NCBI GenBank assembly: GCA_041946805.1
Contig: JBHGBC010000033.1
Coordinates: forward strand, 1 to 43,780
Direction of reading: 5' to 3'
DNA: 43,780 bases
From: a bacterium
GTDB lineage: Bacteria > Hinthialibacterota > Hinthialibacteria > Hinthialibacterales > Hinthialibacteraceae
Part shown: positions 1-10,551 of the stretch, piece after piece
How positions within the stretch are numbered: position 1 is the first letter of the stretch
Layout of the letters: every line of letters starts with the position of its first letter
Program-made: the position numbers and the translations under genes
The notes under the pieces: generated by a model
The model's database searches: none
The model's input: the letters and a program-made list of their open reading frames with translations, nothing else
What the model was told of the DNA's origin: nothing

Positions 1-344
1 ATCACCTCCGGGCTGAGATCGGATTCATCCAGCGCCCGCAGGGCCAGCGAAACCGCCGATCCCTGGAACAGCAGCGCACTCAAGTACCGGATCAATTCCC
101 CCTGCACCTGGTGCCGCTTGAGGTTGGAGGTGTAGATGAACGTCCGGTGCTCGACGGTATGGGAGATGGCGCCTTTGTCTTCCATGCCCCGCAGGATCTT
201 GCGGATGGCCGAGTCGCTGCGCTTGAGGCCCTCGGCGCGCAAGGCTTCCCGGATGTCGTCGGCGGTGGCATGGCCGCGGTCCCAGATGTAGTGCATCAGT
301 TTGGTTTCCCACCCGGTGAGTTTTGGTTTATTGGGGTGTGCCAT
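1..344 (-). CDS. BlaI/MecI/CopY family transcriptional regulator (3' end runs off the window)
   Basis: Not in ORF track. Manual translation from ATG at 344 (RBS AAGGAG upstream): MAHPNKPKLTGWETKLMHYIWDRGHATADDIREAL...SAIRKILRGMEDKGAISHTVEHRTFIY...LFQGSAVSLAL, matching the BlaI winged-helix pattern (E.ELM..LW, L..KG, R.F.Y, F.GS). Confidence 0.85.
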   Translation of the reverse strand, partial: MAHPNKPKLTGWETKLMHYIWDRGHATADDIREALRAEGLKRSDSAIRKILRGMEDKGAISHTVEHRTFIYTSNLKRHQVQGELIRYLSALLFQGSAVSLALRALDESDLSPEV

Positions 345-362
345 GAGATAACTCCTTTTACC

Positions 363-403
363 GTTACTGTGGTAACAATATCAAGAGCGATTCAGTCTGT
401 CAA
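363..403 (-). promoter_or_regulatory. sigma70-type promoter with overlapping palindromic operator for the BlaI-like gene
   Basis: Minus strand TTGACA (403-398), 17-nt spacer, TATTGT (380-375); inverted repeat GTTAC-N4-GTAAC at 363-376 overlaps the -10/start region. Confidence 0.7.
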
Positions 404-548
404 GAGGTTTTTTCGATTTTTTTGAGCAAGGACCCAGGGATGAATCCCGGAGCAGTTGGAAAACCGGTTCCGAAAGGAGACTCATCCCTCAGATTGGATG
501 GGAGTGTGAACATCATCCGGCAAGCGAATGCGCGGAACAAGGATTTTT

Positions 549-868
549 CTCTCGCCCTGGTCCTCTCCGGGGGGAGAGGGATGTCTGTCCGAATCAGAAT
601 GGCCAGGATGTACAAGATATCCAAGATTGCGATGGATTACTCGCCGGGCTGATCCATTTCCAGTTTTTTTTAAGGAAATCATCCCCACGCAAGCGTGGAT
701 CCAGGGCATTTGTTCAGCAGCAGGGGCGCGTCGCGGCGCGCCCCAGCGAGATTGAGCGAAGGTTGTAAAAGCAGGAAGGATTAGACAGGAAGGATTAGAG
801 TGAAACCGCGTAAACCATCAATTCTTGATCCTGATCATCCGAGGTAACATGTCCATTCTGATTCAGAC
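549..868. repeat. Intergenic mosaic of REP-like palindromes (cluster A)
   Basis: BoxC-like CTCTCGCCCTGGTCCTCTCCGGGGGGAGAGGG 549-580; GTCYGAATCAGAATGG element 587-628 and an inverted copy 825-868; GATGGATTAC..GATCCAT 631-657; CATCCCCACGCAAGCGTGGATCCAG 680-704; GCAGGGGCGCG..CGCGCCCC 720-747; tandem CAGGAAGGATTAGA x2 772-799. Confidence 0.75.
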
Positions 869-890
869 ACCAATCAAACCGGCCGCTCCC

Positions 891-1223
891 CTATTCAATC
901 CCCAGTTCGAGTTTGGCGGCTTCCGACATCACGTCGGGAGTCCAGGGCGGCTCCCACACCAGGTCCACCTGCACGCAGTTGACTCCCGGGATGGATTTCA
1001 CCCGTTCCTGCACCTCGATGGGCAGGGAACCAGCCACGGGGCACATGGGCGAGGTCAAGGTCATCTGAATGCCCACGGAGCCGTTGTCCTGGATGTCGAT
1101 GTCGTACACCAGCCCCATGTCATAGATATTGACCGGGATTTCCGGATCGTAGCATTCGCGCAGCTGCTGGATGACTTTTTCCCGCAAATCCTGAAGGTCC
1201 AGGTTGGTTTCATCCATGTTCAT
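891..1223 (-). CDS. sufT: SufT/PaaD-like (DUF59) Fe-S cluster assembly protein
   Basis: DPEIPVNIYDMGLVY and MTLTSPMCPVAGSLP, VWEPPWT motifs; last gene of suf operon. Start could be 1217, 1223 or 1229. Confidence 0.9.
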   Translation of the reverse strand: MNMDETNLDLQDLREKVIQQLRECYDPEIPVNIYDMGLVYDIDIQDNGSVGIQMTLTSPMCPVAGSLPIEVQERVKSIPGVNCVQVDLVWEPPWTPDVMSEAAKLELGIE

Positions 1224-1275
1224 TTTCATCCACCATGCCGTCTGGGGGTTCTGCCGGGGCCGCCCTCGCTCCATT

Positions 1276-1308
1276 CCCTCACCCTAACCCACTCCCGGAG
1301 GGAGGTGG
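1276..1308 (+). repeat. BoxC-like palindromic repeat, degenerate
   Basis: CCCTCACCCTAACCCACTCCCGGAGGGAGGTGG between sufU and sufT. Confidence 0.7.
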
Positions 1309-1322
1309 AACGCGTGAGTATG

Positions 1323-1775
1323 TTATTCCGTGGACACCGGGGTTTCTTCGTCCTTCAAGGCGGCGTTGAGGGTATGCCAAGCCAGCGTGGCGCACTTGAC
1401 CCGCATGGGAAACTCCCGCACACCAGCCAGGGCCTGTAGTTTGCCCAATCCGGCTTTTAACTCATCGAGTTCTTCCTGGCCGGTGACCAGGTCATGAAAA
1501 CGTTCGAAGAGGTCATTCACTTCGTCAATGGTCTTGCCCTTGATGATTTCGGTCATCAGGGAGGCCGAGGCGGTGGAAATGGCACAGCCGTTGCCTTCGA
1601 ATTTGCATTCCTTCACCCGGCCGTCCTCGATTTGCAAATAAATCGTGATTTTGTCCCCGCACAGGGGATTATACCCATTGGCCTGGCACGTGGCGCAGTC
1701 CAGTTTGCCGCAATTTCTCGGCCGCTTGTTGTGGTCCAGGATCACTTCCTGGTAGAGCTCTTGAAGATAGGACAT
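1323..1775 (-). CDS. sufU: SufU sulfur-transfer/scaffold protein
   Basis: LYQEVILDH, NPLCGD, GCAISTAS, RVKCATLAW; Cys/Asp/Cys/Cys zinc ligands of SufU. Confidence 0.95.
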   Translation of the reverse strand: MSYLQELYQEVILDHNKRPRNCGKLDCATCQANGYNPLCGDKITIYLQIEDGRVKECKFEGNGCAISTASASLMTEIIKGKTIDEVNDLFERFHDLVTGQEELDELKAGLGKLQALAGVREFPMRVKCATLAWHTLNAALKDEETPVSTE

Positions 1776-3046
1776 CAGCGGAACACCTCGAGAACTTTCT
1801 TGATACTTTGACCCAGAATGTCGATCTCTTCCTTCGTGTTGTAGAAGGCGAACGACGCCCGGGCGGTCGCCGGAATCCCCAGGCGGTCCATCACCGGCTG
1901 CGCGCAGTGATGCCCCGTGCGGATCGCGACGCCCTCCTGATCTAGTATAGTGCCAATATCATGCGGGTGAATCTCTCCAATGAGAAACGACAACACGCCT
2001 GCTTTGTTTTTCGCCGTCCCCACGATGCGCACTTCCGGGTATTGCGACATCACCTGGGTGGCGTATTCGAGCAACTCGTGCTCATGGGCGGCGATGGCGT
2101 CCATCCCGATGGCGCGGAGGTAATCGATGGCCGCGCCCAGGCCGATGGCCCCGGCGATATGCGGCGTCCCCGCCTCGAATTTATAGGGAATCTCGTTGAA
2201 GTAGGTCTTTTCGAACGAAACGTAGCGGATCATGTCCCCGCCGCCCTGGTAGGGAGGCATGAGGTCGAGCCACTTCGCTTTTCCGTACAGGACGCCGATG
2301 CCGGTGGGTCCGAAGAGTTTATGTCCGGAGAAGACGAAAAAGTCGCAATCCAGGTCGCGCACGTCCACCTTGAGATGGGGCGCACTCTGGGCGCCATCCA
2401 CCAGCACGGGAATGCCCCGTTCATGCGCCAGGCGGATCATCTCCTTGACGGGATTGATCGTCCCCAGGGCGTTGGAGAGATGGGATAGCGCCACGAACAT
2501 GGTCTTCCCGGAGAGCATCCGGGGATATTCGTCCAACAGTAGTTCGCCGGCGCCGTTCATGGGGATGACGCGCAGTTTCAGGCCTTTTTCCTCACAGAGC
2601 AGCTGCCAGGGCACGATGTTGGCATGGTGCTCAAGGGCGCTGATGAGCAATTCATCCCCTTCGCGGAGGAAGGCGCGGCCGTAACTGGCGGCCACCAGGT
2701 TGATCGATTCCGTGGCGTTACGAGTGAAGACGATCTCCTGCTCTTCCCGGGCGTTTAGAAATTCCTTGACTTTCCGGCGGGCCTGTTCGTGCGCCGTGGT
2801 CGATAATTGACTGAGCAAATGCACGCCCCGGTGGATATTGGAGTAATAGCCGCTGTACGCTTCCATCAGGGCATCCAGTACCGCCTGGGGTTTTTGGGTC
2901 GTCGCCGCGTTGTCCAGGTAGACCAGCGGTTTTCCGTGCGCTTCCCGCGTCAGGATGGGGAAGTCCGCGCGGATCCGGTCCACGTCCAAAGGCGGGACCT
3001 TGGTCTCCAGTCCCGGGGCGGCCAGCGCGGATTCAGAAGGAACCAT
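1775..3046 (-). CDS. sufS: SufS cysteine desulfurase
   Basis: YLDNAATTQKP, SGHK PLP lysine, RTGHHCA group II catalytic motif. Confidence 0.97.
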   Translation of the reverse strand: MVPSESALAAPGLETKVPPLDVDRIRADFPILTREAHGKPLVYLDNAATTQKPQAVLDALMEAYSGYYSNIHRGVHLLSQLSTTAHEQARRKVKEFLNAREEQEIVFTRNATESINLVAASYGRAFLREGDELLISALEHHANIVPWQLLCEEKGLKLRVIPMNGAGELLLDEYPRMLSGKTMFVALSHLSNALGTINPVKEMIRLAHERGIPVLVDGAQSAPHLKVDVRDLDCDFFVFSGHKLFGPTGIGVLYGKAKWLDLMPPYQGGGDMIRYVSFEKTYFNEIPYKFEAGTPHIAGAIGLGAAIDYLRAIGMDAIAAHEHELLEYATQVMSQYPEVRIVGTAKNKAGVLSFLIGEIHPHDIGTILDQEGVAIRTGHHCAQPVMDRLGIPATARASFAFYNTKEEIDILGQSIKKVLEVFR

Positions 3047-4386
3047 TAGAGAGACTCCTCACTCGTATGGCTGAAGGACAGCCGCTTGTGCAGCACATGA
3101 TCCAGTTCACCGCGAACCGCGTCCATCGGGATTTGATCCACGATCTCGCTGGCGAACGCGTAGGTCAACAATTCACGGGCGTCTTCCGGATTGATACCCC
3201 GCGCCCGCAAGTAAAAGAGAGCCTCGTCATCCAATTTGCCGGTCGTCGCGCCGTGCGTGCATTTTACGTCGTCGGCGTAGATTTCCAGCTGGGGCATGGT
3301 GGTGTTTTCCGCGCCGTTGGACAACAGCAAGGCTTGATTGGTTTGTTTCGAATCGGTCTTCTGGGCGTCCTTGGCCACGAGGATCCGGCCGCGGAACACG
3401 GCGCGCGCCTGTTCGTCCAGGATTCCCTTATACACCTCGTGGCTTTCGCAGCGCGGCTTGGCATGCACCAACAGGGTATGGTTGTCCACCAGCCGCTGCC
3501 CGTCCACCAGGTACAAACCGTTCAGCGTGCAGTGGATCTCTTCCCCGTTCAGCCACGTGTTCAACTCGTTGCGCACTAGTCCCCCGCCGAGGGTGATGGA
3601 ATGATGCGCGTAGCGGCTGGCCCGGTCCAGATCCAGGCGCGAGAAGGAGACATGAAACGCCTCACGCCCCTCGCGCTGCAGCTGGCAATGGCTGATTGCC
3701 GATCCTTCCCCGGCGGCCACTTCGGTCACGCCGTTGGTGAAATAGGCCGCGCCGTCCGGCCCGGCGTAACTTTCGAGAATCACCGCCCGCGAAGCGCTCC
3801 CCGCCACAATCACGTTGCGCGGGTGCGAGGCCGCCGGTATTTCCAACCGGGCGGAATAATAAAGCAAGTGGATGGGTTTATCGAGGACCGCGCCGGCCGG
3901 AATGAGCACAAACGCCCCGTCCCGCATGAAGGCCGTGTTCAGCGCCGCGAAGACGAAATCCTCATAACTCCCCTGCCGCGCCAGATAAGGCTCCAGGCTG
4001 GCCGGATCCGACCGCAGAACCGCGGCGATACTTTCCACCCGCGTTCCCGGCGGCAAGCCATCCAGCGTGGAGAGTTGCGGAGCGAAATGCCCGTTCACGA
4101 AGACGATTTGATACGCGTCCAATCCGGTCACCGGCGGATGGACTGGAATCTCCGGAACGGGTTGTCCATTCGCCTCCGCCAGATGGAAGGCCTGTTCCCG
4201 CAGGGGATTGATGTTCGTGAACCGCCAGGCTTCCTCCCGGGTGGTGGGAAAGCCGAGAGCCTCGAAGCGGGCCAGGGCTTCCGTGCGGATTTCATGCAGC
4301 CAAGCCGGTTCGGAGCCCGCCACGGTCTTTTTCAATTCCGCGAAGGCGGAACGGTAATGATCCTTGATATCCACTGCGATCGTCAT
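3046..4386 (-). CDS. sufD: Fe-S cluster assembly protein SufD
   Basis: FPTTREEAWRFT, PQLEIYADDVKCTHGAT, FYLRARGI. Confidence 0.95.
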   Translation of the reverse strand: MTIAVDIKDHYRSAFAELKKTVAGSEPAWLHEIRTEALARFEALGFPTTREEAWRFTNINPLREQAFHLAEANGQPVPEIPVHPPVTGLDAYQIVFVNGHFAPQLSTLDGLPPGTRVESIAAVLRSDPASLEPYLARQGSYEDFVFAALNTAFMRDGAFVLIPAGAVLDKPIHLLYYSARLEIPAASHPRNVIVAGSASRAVILESYAGPDGAAYFTNGVTEVAAGEGSAISHCQLQREGREAFHVSFSRLDLDRASRYAHHSITLGGGLVRNELNTWLNGEEIHCTLNGLYLVDGQRLVDNHTLLVHAKPRCESHEVYKGILDEQARAVFRGRILVAKDAQKTDSKQTNQALLLSNGAENTTMPQLEIYADDVKCTHGATTGKLDDEALFYLRARGINPEDARELLTYAFASEIVDQIPMDAVRGELDHVLHKRLSFSHTSEESL

Positions 4387-4402
4387 CGGCTCGCGTCTCC
4401 CC

Positions 4403-5173
<771 letters not shown>

Positions 5174-5262
5174 TGTTTTATTTCTCCCGGGCGTTCGATC
5201 AGAAATTGATGTCTTGATTTTGAGATAGCCAGGCGGACACCTAGATCAGCTCCTACTCGATT

Positions 5263-5557
5263 CCCTCACCCTATCCCTCTCCCGGGGGGAGAGGGAATGT
5301 TATAAGCGAGGAAATATGGAATGGCTACGTGCCTGGGTAAATCATGCGTTTCTATAAGTCCTGCTTAAAGAAATAAATATGTCGGATTACGAATCCAGTC
5401 CCCCTTTCTGCTCCCTCTCCCTCCGGGAGAGGGCCGGGGTGAGGGAAAGCCTTGGTTATGCCTTCACCTCCCAGATGGCGCATATCCCCTTGCGAGTCAT
5501 CAACTTGAGTCCCCTTCAGGGGACGGCTTTAAGGTAGCCCAGGGGGTTAACCCTGGG
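5263..5557. repeat. REP-like mosaic inside the suf operon (cluster B)
   Basis: BoxC-like copies in opposite orientation at 5263-5295 and 5413-5445; GTCCCCTTCAGGGGAC plus GTAGCCCAGGG..CCCTGGG element at 5509-5557. Confidence 0.8.
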
Positions 5558-5578
5558 CAAAGCGCCGACAGTGTTTGC

Positions 5579-7024
5579 TTACCCCACACTTCCCTCGAGG
5601 CTGATGCTGAGCAGTTTCTGGGCCTCGACCGCGAACTCCATGGGCAGTTCCCGGAACACTTCCTTGCAAAAACCATTGACGATCATGCCCACCGCGTCCT
5701 CTTCCGAAATGCCCCGCTGCAGGCAGTAGAAGATCTGGTCCTCGCCGATTTTCGAGGTGGTCGCCTCGTGCTCCACTTTGGCGCTGTTGTTTTTCACTTC
5801 AATATAGGGAAACGTGTGCGCGCCGCACTTGTCGCCCATCAGCATGGAGTCGCACTGGGTGTAGTTGCGCGCGTTTTCGGCGCCCTGGAGAACTTTCACC
5901 AAACCGCGGTAGGTGTTCTGCCCGAATCCCGCCGATATCCCCTTGGAAATCACCGTGCTGTGCGTGTTCTTGCCGATGTGGATCATCTTGGTGCCCGTGT
6001 CGGCCTGCTGATAGTGGTTGGTCAGGGCCACCGAGTAGAATTCGCCGGTCGAATTGTCTCCCAGCAGGATACAACTCGGATATTTCCAGGTAATGGCCGA
6101 GCCGGTTTCCACCTGCGTCCACGATATTTTTGAATTGACGCCCAGACATTTGCCCCGTTTGGTCACGAAATTGTAAATGCCGCCCCGGCCCTCGGCATCG
6201 CCCGGATACCAGTTCTGCACCGTCGAATACTTGATCGTCGCGTTGTCCAGCGCCACCAGTTCGACAACCGCCGCATGCAGCTGGTTCTCGTCGCGCATCG
6301 GGGCCGTGCAGCCTTCGAGATAACTAACGTAGGCCCCTTCGTCGGCAATGATCAACGTGCGTTCGAATTGACCGGTATTGGCGGCGTTGATGCGGAAATA
6401 GGTCGAGAGTTCCATGGGGCAGCGCACCCCCTTGGGGACATACACGAACGACCCATCGCTGAACACCGCCGAGTTGAGCGTGGCGAAGAAATTGTCGGTG
6501 TAGGGGACCACGGAGCCGAGGTATTTCATCACCAGCTCGGGATGCTCCCGCACCGCTTCCGAAAAAGAACAAAAGATGATCCCCAATTCGGATAGTTTTT
6601 TCTTGAAGGTGGTTCCCACCGACACACTGTCAAACACGGCGTCCACCGCCACCCCGGCCAGGACCTCTTGTTCTTTCAAGGGGATACCTAACTTTTCATA
6701 GGTCGCCAGGATTTCCGGGGCCACCTCGTCCAGGCTTTTGGGGCGGCTGGAAATGTCCTTGGGGGCGGCGTAATAGCTGATTGCCTGGTAATCGACAGGG
6801 GCGATTTTCAGCTGGGCCCAGTTGGGTTCCTCCATTTTGGTCCAATGGCGGTAGGCCTTAAGCCGCCATTCCAGCATGAATTCCGGTTCGTGCTTCTTGG
6901 AGGAAATGAGCCGGATGATATCTTCGTTCAGCCCCTTGGGGATAATGACCTGCTCGACATCGGTGGTGAATCCGTACTTGTAATCCTTCAACGCTTCCTG
7001 GATGGGATCCGTCGCCTTGACCAT
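5579..7024 (-). CDS. sufB: Fe-S cluster assembly protein SufB
   Basis: [37 protein letters not shown]. Start set to ATG 7024 (MVKATDP) behind GGGAG; the upstream ORF extension overlaps the leader. Confidence 0.97.
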   Translation of the reverse strand: MVKATDPIQEALKDYKYGFTTDVEQVIIPKGLNEDIIRLISSKKHEPEFMLEWRLKAYRHWTKMEEPNWAQLKIAPVDYQAISYYAAPKDISSRPKSLDEVAPEILATYEKLGIPLKEQEVLAGVAVDAVFDSVSVGTTFKKKLSELGIIFCSFSEAVREHPELVMKYLGSVVPYTDNFFATLNSAVFSDGSFVYVPKGVRCPMELSTYFRINAANTGQFERTLIIADEGAYVSYLEGCTAPMRDENQLHAAVVELVALDNATIKYSTVQNWYPGDAEGRGGIYNFVTKRGKCLGVNSKISWTQVETGSAITWKYPSCILLGDNSTGEFYSVALTNHYQQADTGTKMIHIGKNTHSTVISKGISAGFGQNTYRGLVKVLQGAENARNYTQCDSMLMGDKCGAHTFPYIEVKNNSAKVEHEATTSKIGEDQIFYCLQRGISEEDAVGMIVNGFCKEVFRELPMEFAVEAQKLLSISLEGSVG

Positions 7025-7178
7025 ATTCACTCCCTGGAATTCCTCTGGAGATCGAGACCGGACAGATACGTTTCTCCTCCGCCGCCGGTCCTCCTGACGC
7101 CTCCTGGTTGCACAACCGATTGCTATTTTAGTAAGGAGACCGCCATATCTGAACAAGCCCGTAAATAGGGGCAACAAT

Positions 7179-7226
7179 TACTTGACATTGTCAAGTATAC
7201 CCGATTTAGTTGACGTTGTCAACTAA
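7179..7226 (-). promoter_or_regulatory. suf operon promoter overlapped by two tandem palindromic operators
   Basis: Minus strand TTGACA (7222-7217), 17 nt, TATACT (7199-7194). Palindromes TACTTGAC-ATT-GTCAAGTA (7179-7197) and TTAGTTGAC-GTT-GTCAACTAA (7206-7226). Confidence 0.85.
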
Positions 7227-7320
7227 TCACATGGATTTAAGCAAGTTTTTTCTTCTTTTAATGATTCGTCATCTCAATAATCAGGCGGGCCGGGAGAAAG
7301 ATACTCCAAAAGGAGTGCGG

Positions 7321-7539
7321 GGGGACGTGGCAACGTGGTCCTACAACCGCAAATCCCATCTACTTTTACAACCTCCTCCTAACCTTCACCGATCTTCGGG
7401 GGATGAATCGAATTAAGACATTTCCCTCATCCTGGCCCTCCCCGGGGGGAGAGGGGATTGGTGGTTGATCTCCCTCACCAGCCCGATGAAAGAGCAGCCC
7501 AACATACTCCATAATAAGCACGCATTTGCTGGATGAACC
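7321..7539. repeat. REP-like mosaic (cluster C)
   Basis: GTAG-type element GTAGGACCACGTTGCCACGTCCCC (minus, 7321-7344); BoxC-like 7424-7456; GGTTCATCCAGCAAATGCGTGCTTATT (minus, 7513-7539). Confidence 0.7.
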
Positions 7540-7622
7540 ATAACAGATATCAATAAAAAAACAGGGGCTGAAAAACCCCTGGATGACACATAACGTCTTA
7601 TTTTCCAGTCTATTTCACTTCA

Positions 7623-9761
7623 CTACCGCGGACGGGAAACATTGGTTTCCACACGTTCGGACTTGATTTCCTTCGCCGTTCGTGTGTTTTCCATGCTCAT
7701 CGTGGTGACTGACTGGGTCCGGACGCGCCCCTCCGCATCCGTGACGGACACCGGCCGGGTCACCGCCATCAGCGTGTTGGTGTTCATTAAAATCGAAACC
7801 CCAAAGATATCTTTGTATTGCCCGGTGACGCCGTCCCAAACCGACAATCCCGTATTCGCGCCGCCCACCGCCAAGCCGGTCCGTTCCAAGCCTTCGACTC
7901 CCTCGACCAGGGGCACGTCATCCGTCAATAAGGCGTTTTGGACTGAATCATACACGCAGCCTAGCATTTGTTTGGTTCCTTCATCATGCCACGTAATCAG
8001 GAAACGGCCGTCTCCCCAAGCGGCCACGGAGGGCGCCATGGCTTTCCCTAATCCCATATCCACCTGGAACTCGGGCACCAGGATCTGACCCAGGGCGTTG
8101 AATACCGCCCCCCGGATGGAGGAAACCGCCTGCGCATGGGTATTCCGCCATACGGCGAGGAACACACCCTTCGCGAAAGCAATTACCGGATCCTTGGCTT
8201 GCTCCTCCTTGTCATCCAGTGTGTTGATCTGAATCTCCGGCACGCTCTCCGGCAACTGGCGGATTTCAACCGTCTCCGTGGTTATTACCTCCGGCTGGGT
8301 GGAGGAATTAAAGAACCGCGCGTAGATATCATTGCGCTTTTTCCCTCCCTCTTTCAGCAGCACCCGGTCATCCGACCAGATGACCACGATATTGTTCTGA
8401 TCGTCCACCGCCACATCCGGATGGGAAACATTGGTGTTGTCATAGGGGATATTGACCTGATAATCCTTCGCGTCGATGGTCTGCAGCGCGCTTCCCGTCC
8501 AGCGCATCCGGCGGACGAAAACATCCATCAGAAAATTGCGGTCGTCACGCCAGCAGACCGTGATTTCCCCATTGCCTCGTACCGCCAAGGCCGGTTCCGC
8601 CGTGTTGGTGTTCTCATAAAGGTTGTTTACTTCAAAGTCGTTCTCCGCCAGTTTGCGGCCGGAGGCGTTCAGTTCCGCCAGATAGATGCTGAAAAGTTTG
8701 GGATTCCTGCTGCGGTTGTCCGACCATACCACGTGGCGGATGCCGCCGGCGTCGATTTCGATATCCGGCGTTTGAGCCACGGTGTCTTCATATCCCTGGT
8801 TAACCGCGATGGGGTTGCTTACCGTGTTATTGCCGATGTCGACCTGGCGCAGGAGGATGTCCTGGAATCCCTCGGTCAGGTCCGAGGCCACCACCGCGAA
8901 GAGGTTTTCTCGGTCATACGCCGCCTTGGGCGAGAACGCCTCCTTCAGGTCCGACGTGGGGGAAATGGAATACACTTCGCCTGGTTCAAGCCCCCCCGTG
9001 GCCGGCGGGAGGGTGGGCGTCACCGTGGGCGTCATGGTGGGCGTCGCGCCGGGGGGCGGGGTGGGGGTAGGTGTGGGCGTGCCGATTCCGCCAAAGCCGA
9101 ATATAAACCGCCACGCCGGATCGGTAACGGTCTGCGCGTTCAGCGGATACACCTCGAAATTGTCGAACATGGCGGTCACCGCGGAAGGCATCCCGGGATT
9201 CACCGCCAGCTGGAAGAAGGGGACGATCGCCTGGCCCTGCGGCCGGTATACGGCGAACACGAACTCGTAATCCGCCGTGAAACGCTCCGTGCCGGCCTCG
9301 AGGGCGTAATTGGCGCTGCCGTCCGCGTTCGCCAAGGTGCCGCCCGGGGTGACGTTCAACGCCCCCATGGCGATGCTTCCCCCGCCCGAGAGGGCATGCA
9401 CCGACAGCCGCAACAACACCAGGTCCGTGCCCACGGTCACGGCGGGACCGTACACGAACGATCCCTGCCCCGGCGCGGCGGAGATGATGACGCCCCGCCC
9501 GTTCGAATAAGCCGGCAACGTGGGGCTGGTGGGAATCAGGCCGATGCTGACCGCGGCGGGCTGGAATTGCCCCGCTCCGCTGGGCATGGCCGTCCAGCCG
9601 GTCAGTGGGAAGGCGGCCTCGTCGAAGGTTGCGCCGTAAAGAGGGGTGAGATATTGACAGTATCCAGGGATGGGCAGCACCAAGCCGAGGAACACCGACC
9701 ACCACACGGCCGGGAGGCGGCGGCACGCTTTTTGCTCTATCGTTTGGAATGGAGATAACAT
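7623..9761 (-). CDS. Secreted protein: beta-sandwich-like domain, Pro/Thr linker, beta-propeller-like repeat region
   Basis: Signal-peptide-like N-terminus (WWSVFLGLVLPIPGYC), PTPTPTP linker, repeated P.(I/V)A...VVW.D.R...IY units. Start set to ATG 9761 behind GAGGAAAGG. Confidence 0.8.
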   Translation of the reverse strand: MLSPFQTIEQKACRRLPAVWWSVFLGLVLPIPGYCQYLTPLYGATFDEAAFPLTGWTAMPSGAGQFQPAAVSIGLIPTSPTLPAYSNGRGVIISAAPGQGSFVYGPAVTVGTDLVLLRLSVHALSGGGSIAMGALNVTPGGTLANADGSANYALEAGTERFTADYEFVFAVYRPQGQAIVPFFQLAVNPGMPSAVTAMFDNFEVYPLNAQTVTDPAWRFIFGFGGIGTPTPTPTPPPGATPTMTPTVTPTLPPATGGLEPGEVYSISPTSDLKEAFSPKAAYDRENLFAVVASDLTEGFQDILLRQVDIGNNTVSNPIAVNQGYEDTVAQTPDIEIDAGGIRHVVWSDNRSRNPKLFSIYLAELNASGRKLAENDFEVNNLYENTNTAEPALAVRGNGEITVCWRDDRNFLMDVFVRRMRWTGSALQTIDAKDYQVNIPYDNTNVSHPDVAVDDQNNIVVIWSDDRVLLKEGGKKRNDIYARFFNSSTQPEVITTETVEIRQLPESVPEIQINTLDDKEEQAKDPVIAFAKGVFLAVWRNTHAQAVSSIRGAVFNALGQILVPEFQVDMGLGKAMAPSVAAWGDGRFLITWHDEGTKQMLGCVYDSVQNALLTDDVPLVEGVEGLERTGLAVGGANTGLSVWDGVTGQYKDIFGVSILMNTNTLMAVTRPVSVTDAEGRVRTQSVTTMSMENTRTAKEIKSERVETNVSRPR

Positions 9762-10074
9762 GGATTTTTGCCTTTCCTCGTTTTTGGAGTCATCAATCAA
9801 CCTATCTAATCAATCGAAACAAGACGGATTCAGGCTAGGGAAAGTATCTCCCCTCCGGAACCCGGCGGCAGGGAGACCATCCCGGCACGCCTGCGCTTCA
9901 ATGATCGGGCATCGAACAAAACCATTTGATTTTATGAAGATTATAGCACAAGAGGGCGGGGATGTCGTTGCCGCTGGCTGGTGATACTGCTCAGATTTGT
10001 AACATGGGATTGATCGAGGAAAAATATTTTGATATATAAAAAATACCAAACCATGGGAAGGATGAGACGGATTC

Positions 10075-10347
10075 ATGAATTATTACTGGTTGAAATGCGA
10101 AACCGGGGAAGGATTGTTCGGTGACGAAAGCGCCATTCAGGCCCATACCGCCGATGGTGTTCAATTCACATTGTATGCGGAGAAACGCCTTTTGAAATCA
10201 CCCAATACCTATGGGCCGAATCATCTGCGAGTATTGGGCGCCGATCTGGGCGACGGCCGGTATAATATTCTGCTGCCGGTGGATCCCTTCGTCACCGGCC
10301 GCGCTGTCTACGTGAAACCTAATCAAATCGGGGGCATGGCCGCATGA
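10075..10347 (+). CDS. Hypothetical 90-aa beta-rich protein
   Basis: Clean ORF in an AT-rich spacer; its stop overlaps the next ATG (ATGA). Confidence 0.65.
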   Translation: MNYYWLKCETGEGLFGDESAIQAHTADGVQFTLYAEKRLLKSPNTYGPNHLRVLGADLGDGRYNILLPVDPFVTGRAVYVKPNQIGGMAA

Positions 10348-10478
10348 TTCTATCCAACACCGAGATCAAATCCGCCTTGGAGGAAAAAAGAACAAGGCTA
10401 TTTCTTCTTTTCTTTATTGAAAAAACATCTCACACTCCTTCTGGGTTTGAGTTTTCTTATTCCATGGCATTGCCCTGA
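10344..10478 (+). pseudogene. Probable truncated dCTP deaminase (dcd-like) stub
   Basis: Manual translation MILSNTEIKSALEEKR... resembles the Dcd N-terminus (MILSD.DI...L..G.L); similarity is lost after ~16 codons and the frame stops after 44 aa. Confidence 0.5.
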
Positions 10479-10551
10479 GATATCCTTTAACGTGCCTTCC
10501 GTACGAAAAAAAAGCGCTTCAAACGGATTAAATGATTACCGTCCCGATTCC

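Noticed and set aside
400..755. Short ORFs in repeat-rich spacers (also near 7210, 34432-35104, 43183-43664)
   Set aside because: Translations derive from palindromic repeats (e.g. LSPGERG-like peptides), with no family motifs.
772..799. CAGGAAGGATTAGA tandem duplication as an array
   Set aside because: Only two adjacent copies with no spacer; counted within repeat cluster A.
7025..7177. SufB N-terminal extension or leader peptide
   Set aside because: Arg-rich, non-homologous and starts right at the predicted transcription start; treated as 5' UTR. No riboswitch recognised.
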